64,000 nucleotides of DNA from Myxococcota bacterium (GTDB taxonomy: Bacteria; Myxococcota_A; Polyangia; Nannocystales; Nannocystaceae), in the NCBI GenBank assembly GCA_039028615.1, contig JBCCHT010000010.1, positions 64,001 through 128,000 on the forward strand. Reading direction: 5' to 3'. Positions 58,785 to 64,000 of this stretch are shown here, piece by piece. The notes under the pieces are model-generated. The model was not told where the DNA came from and did not search any database. It saw nothing but the letters and a program-made list of their open reading frames with translations. Both the position numbers and the translations under genes were made by a program. Numbering within the stretch: position 1 is the stretch's first letter; each line of letters begins with the position of its first letter.

Positions 58785-61184
58785 CTACTGGATGGAAATA
58801 TCGCCGCCGTTGCAGTTGACGGTGCGACCGCTCCAGCTCGCGGAGTCGGCCACCAGGGTCGCGAAGTTGGTGCACATGTCCTGCGCGGTGGTGCCCGGCA
58901 CGACGAGCACCGGATCTCCCGCCGGATCTTGCGGCGCCGAGACGACGCCATCGAGCATGTACTGCGGCGTGTTGAGCAGGACGCCCGCATAGCGGCGTGC
59001 GGCGACGAGCGTGGCGGCTTCGCCCGTGTCGGCGACGGTGGCATCGAGCGAGACGCCCATGATGCCCTCGATGACCTGAATCTCGGCGTCGTTGTAGATC
59101 TCGGGCTCGGCGATGAGCCGGTCCTTGAGAGCGACGGCGACGTCCCACATCAACGCGCCGGGCTCGGCCCCCGCGGTGGCGACCAGGCTGGTCACGTAGT
59201 CGGCGGGCGCACAGTCGATGCCGAGCTGGCCGGTGAGCGGACCCGTACAGAAGCCGCCGAGGTTGGGGTTGAGACCCGAGGCGAGCTCCTCTTCCCAGTG
59301 CAGCAGGCCGTTGAAGTCGATGCCGTTGAAGCCACCCTCGGAGGAGTTGATCCAGATACCCGTGTCGCGCATGAAGTCGACGTTGGTGGGCTCGTCGACG
59401 CAGGCGTCGAAGAAGCCGGCGCCGCACAGCGTGTAGAACTGCGTCGGATCGTCGAGCGAAAAGTGCGGGTTGACCTGGGGCGGCGCCGCCGGGTTGTCGG
59501 CGACGTAGGCCACGAGGAAGGCGTAGGTCGTGCTGTCGCCGAACTGCTCGGGCAGCGGCCACCACATGGAGCGCATGGCCGACTGGATGAGCACCCAGGC
59601 GGAGTAGCGGTGCAGCATGTCGCCGACGCCGTTGCCCTTCTCTTGCGGATCGTCGGCCTCCTTGGTGAAGGGGTCGAACACCGCGGGCATGTGGTACGGC
59701 GTGGAGGCGCCGCAGCTGTCGGGCGGGGCCTGGTTGAAGTAGGGGTGCGTCGCGACCTCGGTGATGAGGGTGCGCAGCGAGTAGTCGCTGTTGTAGTAGG
59801 CCTCGGTCAGGCCGGACAGGGTGTCGCGCTGGTCGGTGTTCCGCGGGAAGCGGTTGGCGACGGTGAGCGAGTAGCCCATGGCCTCCTTCCACATCTCGTT
59901 GGCCTGGTTCATGGAGAACAGCACGGCCATGCCGACGTTGGGATCGTCGAGGTTGCCGTCGGTCGCGGAGATTCCCGAGCCGGCGAGGGCGTTGAGCCCA
60001 TCGCGGAAGCGCGGCTCGAGGTCGAAGAGGTTGGCGTAGGGCCCCTCGGCGAAGTTGCCCGACATGTACGGGATGTCCTCGTCGAGGCCGACGAACGGGT
60101 CGTTGAAGGCGTCGGTGCGGAACAGGCCGCAGTTGAAGTCGAGGCCCCAGGCCTGGATGCCCACCGCCTGCGCGGGGTTGCAGTTTTGGTTGCCGCTACC
60201 GCACCACGAGTAGTCCACGAAGCCCGCGTGCCGGAAGATGGCATGCACGTCGGCCTCGGAGACCGGGTTCTTCATGTCCATCTCGCCGTACACGGCGTGT
60301 TCGAAGTAGTTGCCCTCGAACACGGGGAAGTGGCGATCGTCGTCCGGGTTGTCGTTGTCGGTGATCGACCACTGCGTGGTGTGGCACTGCAAGCACTCGG
60401 TGGTGCGACCGAGGTACTGCGACTCGAAGAGCTTGCCGTAGTAGGCCCGGTTGGTGACCTCGATCTCCTCGCGGGTCACGTTGCCACCCGTGATCGGGGT
60501 GCCCATGCGAGCGAAGAGGTCGGCGCTGTAGGCCGGGGTCATGTCGTCGAGGCGGAGCGACGAGAGGATCACGTCACCCATGGTGACGTTGTTGAACTGC
60601 GGCGGATCGGCGGCGTCGGTGCTGCGGATCGCCTCGGCCAGGGCCGTGGTGGCATCGAGACCGGTGACGTCGGCGTAGCACTCGGGGTTGCGCTGGTCGC
60701 CGCGACGGTGGATGCGGAGCTGCTCGTAGTAGTAGTTGCGCCAGCGATCGAGGTAGAGGTCGCCCTGGGCCAGGCCGCGGGCCACGAGCTCGCGCCCGTC
60801 GAGGCCCAGCTCGTCGAGCTGCTCGATGGCGGACACCAGCACTCGTACCTCGCGGATGCTCTCGGCCTTTCGACCCTGGATGAAGGGGATGGCGCGCTTG
60901 ACCCAGGCCTCGTCGCCCGCGTCGCACAGCTCGGCCTCGGGGGGCTCGGGCTCGCCACCGTCGTCGCCGGCGTTGGTGGGATCGATGGGACCGTCGTCGG
61001 CAGTGCCGTCGGCGTCCCCGTTGTCGTCGTTGTCGTCGCCGTTGTCGTCGCCCTGGGAGCCGAACGCGGAGTCGTGCGGCGGCGGGGTCGAGACGTCGTC
61101 GCTGGGGCACCCGGTCAGCGCCAAGACGCACAGCCCGGTGAAGGCGGGGAGCGAGGAACGAAGCGTGAAGATTGAACGGTTCAT
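58785..61184 (-). CDS. Large lipoprotein with CxxCH, DUF1549/DUF1553-like
   Basis: Lipobox LTGC; YLGR..ECLQCH; N.MWK..MG and YSLRTLI..V..HPYF motifs; next to a DUF1501 gene. Confidence 0.65.
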   Translation of the reverse strand: MNRSIFTLRSSLPAFTGLCVLALTGCPSDDVSTPPPHDSAFGSQGDDNGDDNDDNGDADGTADDGPIDPTNAGDDGGEPEPPEAELCDAGDEAWVKRAIPFIQGRKAESIREVRVLVSAIEQLDELGLDGRELVARGLAQGDLYLDRWRNYYYEQLRIHRRGDQRNPECYADVTGLDATTALAEAIRSTDAADPPQFNNVTMGDVILSSLRLDDMTPAYSADLFARMGTPITGGNVTREEIEVTNRAYYGKLFESQYLGRTTECLQCHTTQWSITDNDNPDDDRHFPVFEGNYFEHAVYGEMDMKNPVSEADVHAIFRHAGFVDYSWCGSGNQNCNPAQAVGIQAWGLDFNCGLFRTDAFNDPFVGLDEDIPYMSGNFAEGPYANLFDLEPRFRDGLNALAGSGISATDGNLDDPNVGMAVLFSMNQANEMWKEAMGYSLTVANRFPRNTDQRDTLSGLTEAYYNSDYSLRTLITEVATHPYFNQAPPDSCGASTPYHMPAVFDPFTKEADDPQEKGNGVGDMLHRYSAWVLIQSAMRSMWWPLPEQFGDSTTYAFLVAYVADNPAAPPQVNPHFSLDDPTQFYTLCGAGFFDACVDEPTNVDFMRDTGIWINSSEGGFNGIDFNGLLHWEEELASGLNPNLGGFCTGPLTGQLGIDCAPADYVTSLVATAGAEPGALMWDVAVALKDRLIAEPEIYNDAEIQVIEGIMGVSLDATVADTGEAATLVAARRYAGVLLNTPQYMLDGVVSAPQDPAGDPVLVVPGTTAQDMCTNFATLVADSASWSGRTVNCNGGDISIQ

Positions 61185-61200
61185 CTCGATGGCTCCTTTC

Positions 61201-62805
61201 CTAGACGTCGAGGCCCCACAGCTCGTCGCGGACACGCGCGAGTGAGTCGATCTCGTCGGGGGTGAAGCGAACGTCGGAGACGGCGTAGCTCTGCGACGAG
61301 AACGGGTAGATGCCCATGGCTTGGAGCAGCATGATGCGGTTCTCCTTGGGCGTGAGCAGCGAGTCGGTGACGTCGTTGGGAGCGTAGCCGCCGCTTTCCT
61401 CGGTGATGTAGCCGTAGATGGAAGCGCCGGGCGAGCGGGAGTCGCCGTCGCGGATGGGCCCGCCGATGACGACGTTGACGTAGCCGTAGGGCCAGTGGTT
61501 GGTGCCCGAGCTACCCGCGACCTGACGGTAGGGTGTGCGACCGAACTCCATGTTGAGCACGATCATCGTGCGATCGAGGTCGATGAGCTGATCGTCGTTG
61601 GCGGTGGGGTTGTTGGGGTCGCGAACGATCTCGGCGAGCCGCTGCAAGGTATGCGGCACGCTGCGCGAGCTATAGAGCACGTGCTCGTTGTGCACGTCGT
61701 AGCCGACCTCCGGGCGCGGGATGATGCCGGTGTCGATCCAGTTGACGTAGCGAGCGCGGTTGGTCTCGCGGGTCAGCAGGCTGCGGGCGACGTTGGCCAT
61801 CATGCCCGGCATGTCGACCTCGACCTCGTTCTGCACCTGCGGCGGCGCAGCGGGGCAGGTCGCGCCCGGGATGGGCTGGAACAGCGACTGCGGCAGCACG
61901 TCGATGAGCTCGGACGCGTTCTGCCGGGCGAAGTTGGCGAACTCGTAGTTGCCGCGCTCGAGCGAGCGCGCCACCTTGCCCACGCCGCCCTGACGGAAGC
62001 GGTTCTCGTAGGCGCGCTGGTAATAGGAGACGGCGGCGTCGAACGCCTCGGGGTCGCTCTGGTCGAGGCCGGGGCGCGAGAGCAGGTCGGCGAGCACCGA
62101 GTCGGCGGAGACGGTGACGTTGAGCGGCCGGGCCGAGCCGGGGTGGAAGCCGATGGTGGAGGCCGAGCTGACGTTGAACGCCGACAGACCCTCGCCACCC
62201 GGGTACAGGATGAACGAGTAGGGGACGGCTCGGCCGCCGCCCGGCTGCTCGCTGAAGTAGCGCTGGATGGGCGCGCCGATGCCCGCCATGCGCGGGTTGC
62301 CCAGCGCGAAGCCGGTGAACGACAGCGGGTTGGCGCCCTCGTGGGCGAGGACCTCGTGCCGCTGCACCAAGATCCGCATGCGGCTGGTGATGTCCGGGCG
62401 CTGCTTGAGCGGGTAGAGCCAGGGACCGAGGTTCACCGTCTCTCCACCGGCCTCGGCGAAGGGCGTGACGTAGTCGGTGTCCCCGTAGCCGCAGACCGCA
62501 TCGTAGAAGTTGCTCGGGCTGTTGACCGGCTCGTCCTCGAAGAGGTTGAGGAAGGTGTTGTTCCCCTGCCCCCAGCCGGGCACGGAGTAGAAGGTCTCCC
62601 AGGGCGAGATGCCGCCGTGGAAGGTCAGCTCGAGCACGCTCTCGGGGCGGAGGTCCTCGGGGACCATGAGGTCGAGGCGGTCCGAAGGCCACTCGCCCCA
62701 GCCGGCCGCGTTGGCCCCTCGCGGATACTTGAGAATGCCGAAGACACCCGCGCCTGCGGCCAGACCAGTGCCGGCCGCGCTCTTGATGAAGGTCCTGCGT
62801 TTCAT
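61201..62805 (-). CDS. DUF1501-family Tat-exported protein
   Basis: MKRRTFIK Tat signal; GG.S..ETF, YDVH, EFGRTP and G.NHWP motifs. Confidence 0.8.
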   Translation of the reverse strand: MKRRTFIKSAAGTGLAAGAGVFGILKYPRGANAAGWGEWPSDRLDLMVPEDLRPESVLELTFHGGISPWETFYSVPGWGQGNNTFLNLFEDEPVNSPSNFYDAVCGYGDTDYVTPFAEAGGETVNLGPWLYPLKQRPDITSRMRILVQRHEVLAHEGANPLSFTGFALGNPRMAGIGAPIQRYFSEQPGGGRAVPYSFILYPGGEGLSAFNVSSASTIGFHPGSARPLNVTVSADSVLADLLSRPGLDQSDPEAFDAAVSYYQRAYENRFRQGGVGKVARSLERGNYEFANFARQNASELIDVLPQSLFQPIPGATCPAAPPQVQNEVEVDMPGMMANVARSLLTRETNRARYVNWIDTGIIPRPEVGYDVHNEHVLYSSRSVPHTLQRLAEIVRDPNNPTANDDQLIDLDRTMIVLNMEFGRTPYRQVAGSSGTNHWPYGYVNVVIGGPIRDGDSRSPGASIYGYITEESGGYAPNDVTDSLLTPKENRIMLLQAMGIYPFSSQSYAVSDVRFTPDEIDSLARVRDELWGLDV

Positions 62806-62829
62806 GGGCTCGCCCCTCCGATGCTGGAA

Positions 62830-63834
62830 CTAGAATAGATCGATGAAGCCCCAGCGTTCATGACGCCCGAGCACGGTGAGGCCGCCGTTGGTGAACTGCA
62901 CTCCGTCGGTGCGCTCACGCGCGATCACGAGATCGGCGGGGCCCAACGAAAGCGCACCGAGTTCGGCGGCGGGGATGACGTACTCGCCATCGTCGGCGGC
63001 GTGCACCGTGATGACGTTGGTTTCGGCGTCGATGACCCGAATGATGATGCGCGCCTCGGGATCGTCGCCGGCCTCCCACGAGACGGTGAGATCGGCATCG
63101 ACCGGCACGCCGAGGTTGAACATGGCGATGTCCGGCGCGGTGACGGTGAGCGCGGCGGGGGTGGTGACGCGCTCGAGCAGCACGTTGTCGGCGAAGGTCT
63201 CGCCGCCGTAGAGCACCACGTCGTAGGCGGTGCCGGGCAGCCAGTTCTCGGCCGGCGGCGAGCAGTCCTCGGGGACGCCCATCGCGGTGCTGCTGCGGTA
63301 CAGCGGGTAGTCGCCCGCGGGCAGCAGGCACGCCTGCAGCTCGGGACCGCCTTCACCTTGTCGGAGCTTCATGCCGTTGCCTGCGAGCACCCAGTCCGAG
63401 TCGCTCCCCCAGTCGTAGACGGGCAGGGCCTCGGCCGGTAGCAGGGTGTCGGGCTCGTCGGGTGGCGTGGGCAGCCCCAGCTGATAGGCGACGGGCGAGT
63501 AGAGATCTTCGGCGCCCTCCCAGCCGACCTCGGAGGTGCGATAGCCCCCGGCCAGCCCGACCTGATCTTGATCGAAGAGCGGGTGCGCGGGGGTATAGGT
63601 GACCGTCAGCAGGCCGCTGAGCTCGCCGGAGAACGCGGTGCCGGCCGATTGCTGCGAGTCGTCGGCCGCCGTCCCAGCGGTCGCGTCGGCGTCGTCGTTG
63701 CCCGTGGCTGGACCCGCGTCGGCGTCTTCGGCAAAGCCCGAAGCCATGGGCGTGCCCGTGGCCGATGGTTCGTCGTCGGGGCAGCCGGCGAGGCCCAAAC
63801 ACACGGAGCCGGCAATGAACTTCAAGCGTCGCAT
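62830..63834 (-). CDS. Hypothetical lipoprotein
   Basis: Lipobox LAGC; C-terminal Ig-like L.V.W...DDGEY.IP motif; first gene of the DUF1501 operon. Confidence 0.7.
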   Translation of the reverse strand: MRRLKFIAGSVCLGLAGCPDDEPSATGTPMASGFAEDADAGPATGNDDADATAGTAADDSQQSAGTAFSGELSGLLTVTYTPAHPLFDQDQVGLAGGYRTSEVGWEGAEDLYSPVAYQLGLPTPPDEPDTLLPAEALPVYDWGSDSDWVLAGNGMKLRQGEGGPELQACLLPAGDYPLYRSSTAMGVPEDCSPPAENWLPGTAYDVVLYGGETFADNVLLERVTTPAALTVTAPDIAMFNLGVPVDADLTVSWEAGDDPEARIIIRVIDAETNVITVHAADDGEYVIPAAELGALSLGPADLVIARERTDGVQFTNGGLTVLGRHERWGFIDLF

Positions 63835-64000
63835 TGGCTAAGGGAGCGTGATCGAGCGGGCGGATTTCGGGACCCAACACGCCCCCTGCCCACACGTCCC
63901 CCTGAGTTTGTTGGCGCACACTTGGTAATTCAAGCTCCAGCTTGGCCAACTCGCTCACGCACGGCCGATCTGGGGCGTGGAACGGTCGGTCGTGCACACG

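Overview
GC-rich (roughly 70%) bacterial chromosome segment whose gene content points to a myxobacterium, probably Nannocystales (inference). The supporting content is Cys-rich lipoproteins, an FHA-sigma54 activator, a Ser/Thr kinase, PEGA and TPR proteins and a DUF1501 cluster. About 48 CDSs are called. Housekeeping and metabolic genes: trmK, aroF-pheA, hemE, prmC, cysH, an SDR, a GDPD, a NUDIX hydrolase and two metallophosphoesterases. Transporters: an RND pair, an NCS2-like permease, a GldAFG/DUF4340-type ABC and a NatAB-like ABC. Envelope genes include lpoB-COG3014 and many uncharacterised lipoproteins. No rRNA, tRNA, CRISPR array, integrase or transposase was recognised. Best leads: (1) a small basic RGR/winged-helix protein gene flanked by an AT-rich trough, a candidate new nucleoid-associated/xenogeneic-silencer protein; (2) an FHA-TM-(DUF3352-like)-DsbA-DsbA protein beside an FHA-sigma54 activator, a PEGA lipoprotein and a Ser/Thr kinase; (3) an aroF-pheA operon lacking allosteric domains but with an RBS-sequestering leader; (4) two divergent lipoproteins sharing a ZU5-like N-domain; (5) a Cys-rich trans-envelope operon; (6) a DUF1501/c-type heme lipoprotein operon. 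All family calls come from motif recognition by eye, not database searches.
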